Below are positions 38,401 through 50,400 of a DNA stretch of 64,000 nucleotides, piece after piece. The first letter of the stretch is position 1. Each line of letters starts with the position of its first letter. Source of the DNA: Carcharhinus longimanus (lineage: Eukaryota); the NCBI GenBank assembly GCA_030264375.1, contig JASCQW010000146.1:14512348-14576347 (forward strand), given 5' to 3'. The notes under the pieces were generated by a model. That model saw nothing but the letters and a program-made list of their open reading frames with translations, searched no databases and was not told where the DNA came from. The translations under genes and the position numbers were made by a program.

Positions 38401-41400
38401 CAATCCTTTTGCTGTAAAGGCCATTGCTCTATTTTCCACATGAGCCATCCTTATATGGTCATTTTCAAGACTATCTGTTGCTAAGTTCGAAATAATTTAC
38501 TGTATATGTCCATTTGAAAATAAGTTTAGTTGACCAATTGCATTGCATATAGGATCCTTACAGCGTCTTTCATTGTAAAAATGTAGGCCGGACAAAAAGC
38601 TCTAAAAGGATTCCATGTTAGTGTTGCACCATTAGATATCTTGCATCTTCGCTCACATCATACCTCAGTTAGCAGACTTGCATCAGAAGCTAGTGTATGC
38701 CTCTTCTCCTCCTGCTCTACCATTGCTTCCTCAAGATTTGAAGCCGCTGCAGCAACCATAATGTTTGCAAAGATAAAAGCTGCTCCTATGATGAAGAAGA
38801 AGAGATACAGTGCAGCCCAGTACATTATCGCTCCATCCCTGTCCCTGGAAAGAAGACAGTTTTGTGAATGTCAGCACCTCTCAGTGGTACAATTTTAATG
38901 GAAAATGGGAGAGAATGTATGTGCATTGGAGGTGGGTCCCTAAATAAACAGGACAGCTAAGTATTTGTTACTTAACTTGTCTTACAGTTTTGAGCACCCA
39001 GGAAAATTTGCGCAGGCTTTGGCCCATGTGGTAGAATGAAAATATTATGGCCACAGTTGGTCTTGGCATCATATTCACATGCTCCAAAGATGGGAGAAAC
39101 CACTAGAATCCCAGCACTGCGTGACAAACTCAACCATTTTTACTGAAGGCGAAAGTTAGATTCATTGTAAATCATATCTGGCATGGGTGACAATTCAATG
39201 AACCCCAGGTTTGGAAGACCAAAAGGCTAATTTTGCAATTTGGTTCTTGCTGGACAATTTTTTTCAAAGTCCATGGAATACCATGTCTCAATTTCTTCAT
39301 TCACTGTCCTTAACCTACCATTATGGGGAGACATATTCAAACATGCAGACATACACAGTATTATCCCCAAACGGTATCTTGGGAATGAAAAGATTTATCT
39401 AGTCATATATTTTATACCAGAAAAATCAGCTGATTTGCCAATTCTATGAAGGCAGGTCTGAATACTATCCTTTCAGTAAATTGCAGTTAAAAGTGTGATG
39501 TGTAAATCATGTACAGAAACTGTAAACCACTTGTAGAGGTAATATGCACCATTTGTGTTGGGTTTGTCACACAGTGCTGGGATTCTTGCAATTTTTCCCA
39601 TCTTTGAAGCACATGAACATCATAAGGAGGTGGTATTATCTGGACAGCCAGAGTACTCTCGTACAGGTATGGGCCTATAGTTTATTGTATTACTATACCC
39701 AGCATTGCCCAACCCTAATTGCCCTTGAAAAGATAGTGATGAGCTACTTTCTTGAACTGTTGTAGGCTGTGTGGTGTAGATACTCCAACGTTCTGTTAGG
39801 TAGAGGGGTCCAGGGGTTTGACCCAGTGAAGCTGAAGGAATACCATTATAATTCCAAGTCAGGATTGTGCTCAACTTGAAAGGGACCTTGGACATAATAG
39901 TGTTTCCATGCTTCCTTATCTCTCTAAAACTGCTCTAGCAAAAATCCATGCGTACATAGTAAAGTACAAAAAAGCCACAAGCCTGGGAATGTGTCAGGAA
40001 GACAATAGGACTTACACAAATTGTTCATAAATTTGTACCCATCCATCTTGTGTGATGCAGATAAACAGTGAATATATAGCTTTCTCCAAACTCCCAAAAT
40101 GTTCTGGAACGTCGGTGCTAAATATGATCACCCCAAACACAGCGAATGCCTGCAAAAAGAAAGATCTTATTTTCTGCAGCTTGAACAATGGGTTTTTAAA
40201 TTGACAATGTAAATTAACCAATGCCCAGGGCAGCTGAAAAGAGTGAAGCAAAATTAAGTGACTAGAGCTTGAAAATTACACCACAATATACTATTATACA
40301 AATACTTTGGGTGGAACTTTCAAATTTGACAGGGATGTAAAAACAGGCGCTGCTAGCAGGCTGAAGTCAAGTGGAGAGGATAATTATCAGAGTTTGTAAG
40401 CAGTTTATGACATCAACGTTGAACATCTTGATGTTTATCTGTCATTCAATGTTAAATAGCAGAGGGGGAATTTGATACAAGTACTTCCCAATTTTACTAT
40501 CCAGCATTATTTCTATGTTATCTCAAAATCAGGGGGAGTATTTAATGGAGGCAACTGGGGTCTCGCCTGCTGGCTTGACAGCTGGCAATGGCCCTGCATC
40601 ACCTCTTTTAGAGAAAGCCTGCTTATTTAGGTGTCATTCAGGTATTTAACTGGACAACAATAGACCTTCCCTGGGATCAGAGGCTCCCGGAGCAAAAGTC
40701 TGATGTGCTAAAAGCTGCTGCCCAGAGACTGACAGTTCTATTGAAAGCAGTGCCATTGGGGAGGTTGTCTAACACCCAGCTGAGGCCTAGGATCTTTAGT
40801 GGATCCCAGATTAAAGATGGAGGAAGGGGTAAGTTGCGGGGATGAGTGGTCAGCAGCAAGGGGAGGCTTCCACCGAACCCCTTCCTTCTTAACGCTGGGT
40901 CCTTTGATCAGGTACTTGGTGTCCTTGAATCTTGAACAAGGGACCTCACAAGCACAGTTTGTCATGCTCCCTGCATGGTGAATCTCCCATCTGTCACTGG
41001 GTTAGCAGAATTTTTTGGGCATGTAATAATAATTCATGACTTTGAAATTCTGATGGGAATGATTGATGATAAAAGAGATCGAAGTAATCAAAGCATGATC
41101 GTTTTAAAGAGCCTCAGAAACTGAATTAATGTATCAGCTTAGATAATCAATGCCTCTGGGGCAAGATTAACATGAAGATCCATGGTCGTCAATGTTCCCT
41201 TAAGACATTGTACCCAAAGAGAAACAGTTTAGGAGCTGAGCAGAATAATTATATCTTTAGTGCAAGTGCAAAAAGGAGAACAAGCTTTGGAAGTCCATGT
41301 TCATGGTCACAAGATAATTTTGGGTGATGAAGTCAATCTTAATTTCCCCACCAAGAAACAGCCAACTTCCCTCCCCCACTGTTTTTCCTTAAATGTTCCC

Positions 41401-44400
41401 TTAAGATTTGTCCCTAGGAGGCTATTAGGACAAGCTGATTACTCTTTGTATGGAAAATAATTTCTTGATATCTAACCCAAAATATTATTCTCAGTTCAAT
41501 TTCTGTCCATGTGCTCTATAGTTGCTGAAAAATTTGAAGTAGCCTGGGTTACTTTCTCTATATCCTTAATTTTTTAAAGGTCTGTAAGAAAACATCTTAA
41601 ACTCTTTCCTTGGATGGAGAGCCCCATGTTCTTTAGTCTTTCCTTATAACCTGGCATGGGTGTGATAATCTTGCTGAGGCCAGTTTTCCGTAATCAACAC
41701 CCTTTATTTACAACATGCATAAAGGGCTGTTTCTGTAACAAATATGTACACGTCAAGCCCCAGTGTCCTTTGATAGCTAGCTGGTTTTAATTCACTCTGC
41801 TGTTCCTTCCTTATTGGGCCAGTCCCCACTTCTGGCTACACTTTCCATTGCCTCAGGAAAGCAACCAGCATAGCAAAGGACCCTAGACACTCCATACATA
41901 CTCTCTTTCACATTGTTGTGTCAGAATACATACCAACCGACTCAAAAACTTCTTTCCTGCTGCCTGCAGACTTGTTTCATCGGAGGGCTGGCCTCTGAAT
42001 CAACCATGTAATATCATGGGGGCGAATCTTCCAGTCTGCTGGCTGCTCAAGTATTGCAGTGAGCCAGGAGCCATGAGTGGTGGCCATTTTGTGAGCTTCT
42101 GCTTGGCATCATGGCTCCTCAAGCCTCTAAGCTTAAGATTTTTGACGTAATAAGCTCCATGCCGATTTAGCTGATTATCATGTGCAAATCTCCATTTCCA
42201 AATGATTAACAGGCCCGGGACTGAATTCTCCAGGCCCATTAACATCTTCTCCCCCACCGGGAGTGGTTCCCTCCAGTGTGGTTTACTACTGTTCCCCACT
42301 AACAGGGAACAAGCAGCCCGACCCCACTGAGGGAAGAGAGGCCAGTGAGGCCTCCTGGGAGTTTGGAGTATGGGGGTGCCCCTTGGGCAGTGCCAGCCTG
42401 GCACCACCCTAGGGGCAAACTGGCACTGCCCAAGGGGTACCTTTGCACTTCCCACCAGGCATTGGGCAGTGCCAAGGGCGACTGGGACTGGCTATCGGGG
42501 GAGGGGTTTCTGGACATTAGGGCGAGCACGGGGAAGTCTGGGATGCTAGTGGTTGGGGGTGAGGGAGGGTCNNNNNNNNNNNNNNNNNNNNNNNNNNNNN
42601 NNNNNNNNNNNNNNNNNNNNNNNNNNNNNNNNNNNNNNNNNNNNNNNNNNNNNNNNNNNNNNNNNNNNNNNGTGAGGGAGGGTCAGAAGGCCAGTGATGG
42701 ATGGGTTGCGGGGCTGACTAGCGAACGGGCTAGCCAGCGATCTGGAGGCCAGCAATGGGGGGCTACTGTACGTGCGCCAATCTCTGCTCTGACAGATCAG
42801 CGCACGCCCAGAGGCCCATTCAGCACCATGCTGCTGGCCTCTCAGGTGGGAATCTGTGCCCACCCACAGATTTGCAGAGTGAATCCTGCTCGGGAACACT
42901 GTGATGCACTGATTGTCAGAGATTCATTCTGAAAGTCACACTAAACAAAACTGCGGGATTTATTCCCATTGTCCCACAATTGGAAACTTGGGAGAATCAC
43001 AGTCCATTTGTTTTAATTTAGATAGATAGGCTTGTGTCATTTCGCATCCAGGCCTTGATTTTTTTTGCAGACACTGGTAGGGTTTCCAAAAAACTGAGAG
43101 TCATTACAGCCTCTTCCACAGCTGGTAACAAAACTGGGCTTGTGGGCAACAGCAGATGACTCAGTGTATCGGAATGAGCTATTTGGGTCTGGGGCGATGC
43201 TCTCAGAGGTGTTCATAACGTACCAGTAACAAGGCCCAATGCTGTATCCAGGCAGAGGCAATGAGGTGGGGCGGGGTGGTTTTACCTCCCATTCTCTTGT
43301 TTAAAAATTCCCAACAAGGGTGTGGGATCAGTTATTATGAAGAAGCATGTACCACAGATACATTAATGGAATTTTTTAAACACTGAAGGCAACTACAAAC
43401 CCCTCTTTTTCAATTTGGGAATACCTCCATTCAGCATCCATGAGGGTCCTAGATGCATATGCGAAAGGTTTCTCTGTTCCATCTTTCTAGCGGTGTGCCA
43501 GTACCACCCCAACCCTATAAGCCATTGAATGTCAGACTGAGGCTGTTTTTGGGGTCAAAATGCACCAATAAATTAGAGGACAAAACATGCTGCTTAATGC
43601 TGTTGAAAACCTCCAGCTGCAACGCCCCATAAGACCATCTTTGTGGTAGGGTATGCAAGGGACCAGTAAGGAAGCCCAATTCTGAATTAATTTTCCAAAG
43701 TAATTCATGAATCCCTGGGATCATTTCAATTCCTTGAGGTTCCTTGGAGCTGGTGCCTCCTTAATGGCCCTTACCTTGTCCTCTATCAAGTGAATACCCT
43801 TATCACCCACCCAATAGCCCAAATAGGTCACAGCACTTATTTGGAAGACACATTTTTCCCTTTTCAGGTGTATCCTTACCTCCAAGAAATGCCATAAAAC
43901 CACTTCCAAGTTTGCTAGGTGTTCACATTCCGAAGTTCTTGTGATGAGGACATCATCCAGGTACACACTACCTGAGGTAACCCTTAGAGTATGTTCTCCA
44001 TGACCAGTTGCAAAATGGAGCATTTGGATGGAACCCCATAGGCAGGCAAGTGTCTTCATATAAAGCCTTTGTACGTATTAAAGCTCACATACTCTTGGGA
44101 AGGATCATCTAATTCAAGTTACAGATATGCATGACTTGTGTCCAACTTAAGAATGCTTGGCCATCAATTAACCTAGAATATAGGTCTTCAATGCAGGCCA
44201 TGGAATATCTGTCAAACTTAAAAACCTGTTTGGTTTAGCTTAGATTAGTAAGCTTAGAGTCTCCATAAAGTTGGATCGACATATCCAATTTGAGGACAAG
44301 AAGAACAGGTGCAGCCCACTCTGTATTGTACATGTTTTATTATCCCAAGCATTTTCAGTTTTGGCTTTACCTTTTCCAAGAAGGAGTATGGAACTGGTCT

Positions 44401-47400
44401 TGCTCGAAAATATTTAGGCACAGCTTTGGNNNNNNNNNNTATCTTTTCCCGAGTCCTTTCTGGAAAACTAAGGGGTACTTATTGATGACTGAACTGTCCT
44501 CTGATACCCAGCCTGAAGATCTCCAGACAGTTCAGTCTGTTGCGTTGGAACCAATCTTTCCCCCTAAGGCTAGGTCTTTGCTGTGTGCAGTGATGAGTGG
44601 GAGTTGAGCTGTTATCTGTAAGTCACTGGGGTCACTGCGGTGCCCTTTATCTGTGGTGGTTTTCCCTTTTAGGTGGCCAACTTGGTCTTTGTCTCTTAAG
44701 ATGAAGACCTGAATACAGTCCCAAGTGTTGAAAGAAACATGCTTTAATGAGGAGCTGAAGGAGATCAGTATTAGTAGAGAAATGGTTTTGGGGAAATTGA
44801 TGGGATTGAAGGTAGATAAATCTCCACGTCCTGATAATCTTCATTCCAGTGTACTTAAGGAAGTGGCCCTGAAAATAGTAGATCCATTGGTGGTTATTTT
44901 CCAAAATTCTTTGCACTTTGGAATAGTTCCTACAGATTGGAAGATAGCAAATGTAAGCCCACTATTCAAAAAGGGAGGTAGAGAGAAAACAGGGAACCAC
45001 AGACCAGTGAGCCTAATGTCAGTACTGGAAAAGTTGCTAGTGTCTATTATCAAGGATTTCATAACTCAGCATTTAGAAGTAGTATAATCAGACAAAGTCA
45101 GCGTGGATTTACAAAAGGGAAATCATGCTTGATGAATCTACTGGAATTTTTTGAGGATGTAACCAGTAGAGTTGACCAAGGAGAACCAGTGAATGTGGTG
45201 TATTTAGACTTTCAGAAGGCTTTCGACAAGATCTCATATAACAGGCTACTATGTAAAATTAAAGCGCATGGGATTGCTGGTGACGTCTTAAGATGGATAG
45301 AAAATTAGGTAGCAGATAGGAAACATAGAGATGGCATAAATGGGTCTTTTCCTGATTGGTAGTCAATGATCAGGGGATTACGCAGGGATGTGTGCTACAA
45401 CCCCAACTATTTACATTATTAACAATTTGGAAGAGGAAACTGAATGTATTATCTCCAAATTTGCAGATGATACAAAGTTGGATGGGAGGGTGAGCTGTAA
45501 GGAGGATGCAGAGATGCTTCAGTATGATTTGGACAGGCTGAGTGTGTAGGTAGCCGCATGGCAGATGCAGTCTAATGTGGATAAATATGAAGTTATCCAC
45601 TTTGGTAGCAATAATAGGAAGACAGATTATTACTTGAATGGGTGTAAATTGAAAGCGTGGATACACAAGTTTTACTTGGAGTCCTTGTGCATTAGTCACT
45701 GAAAGTAAGCCTGCAAGTGCAGCAGACACTAAAGGTGGCAAACAGTATGTTGGCCTTCATAGCGAGACGATTTGAGTAGAGGGATAGGGATATTTTGCAA
45801 TTGTATCGGGCTTTGATGAGGCCATATTTGGAGTAGTGTGTGCAATTTTGGTGTCCCTTATCTGAGGAAGGATATCCTTGAAATAGAGAGAGTAATAGCA
45901 AAGGTTTACCAGGCTAATTCCTGGAGTGAAATAAGAAGAGAGACTAAATTAATTAGGATTATATTCACTAGAGTTTAGAAAAGTGAGAGGGGATCTCAGA
46001 AACTTATAAAATTCTAACAGGGTTAGACAGGGTTGATTCAGAAAGAATGTTGCCAACGGTGGGGGGAGTCCAGAACTAAGGATCATAGCTTGAGAACTGA
46101 GGCGAGGAGAAACTTCTTCACCCAGAGGGTGGTGAATGTGTGGAATTCACTATCACAGAGTGTAGTTGAGGCCAAAACACTGTCTGAATTCAAGAAGAAA
46201 TTAGATATAATTCCTGAAGTTAAAAGGATCAAGGGGTATATTGGGGGGTAGAGGAGGGGCAGGAGGTTGAGAGGAAACAGGATGCTGAATTCAATGATCA
46301 GCCATAATCAAAATGAATGGTGGAGCAGGCTCAAAGAGCTGAATGGCCTACTTCTGTTTCTAGTTTCTATCTTTCTATGAGTCTGCTCTCCGATAACGAA
46401 GGCTGCAGCCCCTGTATCCCCTTCCATTTTTAATGGGTTGCCATTTGGTAACAACTCCACCGTTATGGGGACAAACTTCATCATGGAGATGGTAATGGGC
46501 ATATATGCAAGATGTGATCTTGTACTGGCCTTGGTCCACTTTTCAAAACAACATGCGTTTTGACTCTCCCTATATTTTTGCCTTGATTGTGGTCTTCTGC
46601 AGCACTCTCAATAGTTCATTATCTGGCATCTTCAACCTTCTGGAATATGCTCCCTTGAAGTCTTCCTTCTCCAGTCCTTCCTTGACTGCCTGATGATGCA
46701 ACTTGGACTCCACCATTGTAAGGGATTCTGAGATATTTTTGTTGAGGAATAGAAGATGTTGGTTGCTTGAGGAATAGATGTTGCTTGCATAAGGCGCCCT
46801 CCCCAATCAGAGGACACAGCTGTCTGACATCCCCTGTAGTTCCTGAACTCTTCTTCTCTGAATCCTTCAATGATAGAGCTATCTCAATGGCCTTTAGATC
46901 CAAATTGGATTCTTCCAATAATATTTTTGGAATGTCACTTGGTTAATTCCATGGACCAGTCTATCTTGCAAATGTCATTCAGGAGTGACCTTGTCTTCTG
47001 TGACACAGTGCCTGGTCAGAAGTTCAGTGACGGATTCCTTAGGGATTCACCCTACCATTCCAAGGCAATATTGCTAAAGTATGATGGAAGGTTGTGGGTC
47101 ATAAAAGCTTTTAACCAAGTCCATCAATTAATTAAAAGTTTTGGAGTCAGGGGTTCCAGTTAGGTCAGGTTTTTTATTATACTGAAGGTCAGGACTCCGC
47201 ATGCTGTCAACAGGATTACTTTCTGCTTCTCATCCCTTCAATATTGTTAGCCCCCAAAAGAATCATGCACTCTGTGTTTTGGGCCCAGTTTTCCATGGTT
47301 GAATTGTAGGCTTTGAGTTTAACTAGAAGTGGCATTTTTCTTAACAGTAGATTACTTGTCTCAACAATGAAGGCTGTCCAGAAGGAAGGAAAAAAACTTG

Positions 47401-50400
47401 TTTTACTCCTTGTCGTCAATTTCATAATCTCACCAAGGCAAGTCTTCAATCACCAACATGCTTTAGTTACAATGTACATAAAGTAACGTTCCTGCGGCCA
47501 CTGTGTATGACTCAAGCCCCAGAGTTCTTCAACTGTTGGCCTGATTAAAGCCAGCTGGTTTTAAACCCCTGCACCACTCCTGTATTGGTCAAGCTTTCAT
47601 TTGCTTATTAGGGGAGCTTGTACTCTATGAGGCCCATGGGGAAATATATTGATGATCCCTGTAACCATCATAGCAGATGATCAGACTTGTGACTCTTCTG
47701 CATTGCTTTTAATGCCTGAGTGTCTCTTGGCAACCTGAACCAAATATAATATTCAAGGTGCTGTCTGGTTGCACATTATACAGTTTGATCATTAATTGCT
47801 AAAATAAAATTAGCTCTGTCCTTAGATCACTTTAAATGCTATTTTGTGGCACAACTTCCATTTGTTGGACATTTTCTAGGGTCACTGAGGAATATCAGAT
47901 TGTGATTAAGACTGCCTCAACAACCTGTTGTTCAAATGACAATTTATATTTTCCTTCTCTATATTTGGTTCTGTCTGCAATTGAAATGTTATTCTCACAT
48001 ATTATTAACACTTCAAAATAGTAAAATTGTCCTCATCCTGAAGCTAACCTGATGGTGTACAGCACATTACTAATGCCAGTTTGAATTTTTTGCCTGAATG
48101 TCAACCAAAAAAAATGCATTGGGTCAGATCCTGCTTACACTGTTAGACATTTTTTGGCATCCTTCAACTTAAAACATTTCTGTGCTGTAACTTTCTGGGA
48201 GGTGTGGGTCAATAATGGCACAGCAAACACAACAGGAAGCATTTGTGACTTGGGTAAATGGCAGGATTTACAGTCTATCTTCGTAATCAGATTGAAAAAT
48301 GAACAGAGATGAAAAAGACGATAAAGGAAAATAAGCTTTAAATCAGCGAGAGAAAGAGAAATAGGAGTGTTGGGTTTGAACTTAAAAAGATGGACAGGTT
48401 TAGGTTAAGTTGGGGAGAATTAAATTCTCATAAATGTATTTCCCAACCAGGCCTGCTTTAAGTGAGGCTGGAAATTGGTTGGATGAACAACCTGATCCAA
48501 GGAGATTGAAGGCAACTGTAAATATGACAATGAGTCTGAGAGTCTTAATATTATTTTGCTTTTGAACTTTTAACAGCTATCCACTGGGTGTGCTGAGTGC
48601 CGGGCAACCAGCAGCTTCCTTCAGCTAAAGTCTGTTGGATTCAAAAAAGTTCCTTTCCACTTATTTCCTCAATCCAGGTGTCTATTCGTGGAGCCTTTGT
48701 GATCAGGCACCCTTGCCCCACAGAAGTACCTTCCCCTCCACCCCAAACCAAACCCAAATAACCCACCAACACCAGGCCCCAATTTGACTCCCATCTGACC
48801 TTCAATCCCTCATTTACCGTAAGACCTCTGATCTTCCTACCCCTCAGGTTCCCAATCCTCTTCCCAAGGAATGGCAGCGCACATAACTGAACCCCTTTCT
48901 TGACTGACACACTGTCTGTTTGCGCATACACTTGCCCCATCACTACCGATGCAAACGTATCTGCTTCAGGAACCTTTATCAGCTCCCCGCCTATCAAGCA
49001 ACCCAGGCTGTCAATCAAGCTGGGTCTCCAGATAGAGAACTTATTGGTGACTCCAAAGTCAAGCTTCAAATCATGTGAGAGGAATCCTGAAAACCAAGTT
49101 CAGCTTTCTGACCAACCTACTCCCCAATAAACATTCTGCCCAAAGTGAGGGAAAGAAAAATAGGATTGAGAGAAGGGATAAAGTAAAATAAAAAGAGGAA
49201 AAATTTTAAATTAAAAATCTGACATTTAAAAGATTTTTAAGGACAACTGACTACATACTGAAATGAGATGAACAGTTAAAATTGCTTTTGTCTTGGTCAC
49301 AGAGAGATTGATTGGCATTGCACTGATAATGATCATACAATTATTACTAAATCTTTTAATTTTCAGCGCTAACTTTCTGTGGCAAGTTGATGGGAAAATT
49401 AATGTGCAAATCTAACAAATTCTTATAAATAGTAGGGAGATTATCCCTCTTATCATCGCGTCTCCCACCCACACCAGCCCCTCCCACCCTTCCCATCATC
49501 TCTTTGCTCTGTTGGATCATCAGTCCACCATTACCACCTTTCCTCCCCCCAACAAACTGCTGCATCATTGGTCCCTCCCCAAGCTTCGATCATAAGCCCC
49601 CGGGGAAGACCTGTTGTAAACTGCACCAATATTACGTTACTTTGGCACAGTGGCAATATAACATGAGAGGGTGGGGTCAATATACGGTGAGGGGGCAGGT
49701 TAATAACATTTAAATCCATTCAAATTCATGTAAAGCAGGTTCATGTCCATTATGGGTCTGAGCCTGATGACGCCGCCAGTGGTGTGTGGGCAAGATCCGA
49801 AATCCCGTTCTCGCCAGTGAAAACTGTGACTTCTGGATCTTGAGCCCCCATCAGAATTTGCATGGATGGCGAATGTGGGCTCAAGATTGTCCCCATAGTC
49901 CCATCAGACTCAATAAACTTAGGGTCCGGAGGACAATTTTTGCCTGGACAAATCAACGTAAAATTTAAACACGGTTCCATTCAATCGGAATACTGTACTG
50001 TACAATACAGTAAATGACTTTAAAATTGTTGCGAAGCTTTATTTTTGTAGAGACCTCTTTGAAACACCAGTTCCTGAAACTTAGGCGTCGCACAGTACAG
50101 AACAGAATCTCTTATGGAGCAAAGAATTCTTTAAAAAATAGGAGTCCACAGCAGTTCCTCAGCAAAGGAATTTGGAAAAAAAAAGCTTAGTACTTAGTAG
50201 TGGAGAATTTTTTCAAAAAACAAAGACCACGGAGTTTGTCAATCAGTACAGAGTACAGAAAAAGTTTAAAAATTAAGCTTAATATGGGGAGGGGTTCTCC
50301 TGAAAATGCAGCAAAAAATATTCTTCAAATGTACAGAAGGACGAAATGCTGATCACAGGCCAGAATCCACACAGAATCATTGGGCCTGGCTGCACTATTA

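Larger units (their letters stand above)
41663..47670 (-). mobile_element. Decayed Ty3/Gypsy LTR retrotransposon in a CATSPER4 intron
   Basis: Similar LTR-like segments at about 41663-41860 and 47422-47670; PBS-like TGACGACAAGGA at about 47407-47418; gag start (MPLLVKLKAY), protease (LKMEGDTGAA), RT (VYLDDVLIT...LKREKCVF...YLGY) and RNase H remnants; no integrase seen. Confidence 0.8.

Noticed and set aside
38641-38898. Plus-strand ORFs overlapping CATSPER4 exons (also 33433-33714)
   Set aside because: Antisense shadows of the real minus-strand exons.
40016-40149. Assignment to CATSPER1/2/3 or a Cav/Nav/TPC channel
   Set aside because: The TQDGW pore and GFWIFWKD and QSV.DMANI motifs fit CATSPER4 (others recalled as TLDDW, TLDHW, TVDGW), and only one 6TM repeat precedes the coiled coil.
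44725-45087. 121-codon RT-like ORF as a host gene
   Set aside because: Part of a 5'-truncated CR1 with downstream stops and frameshifts.
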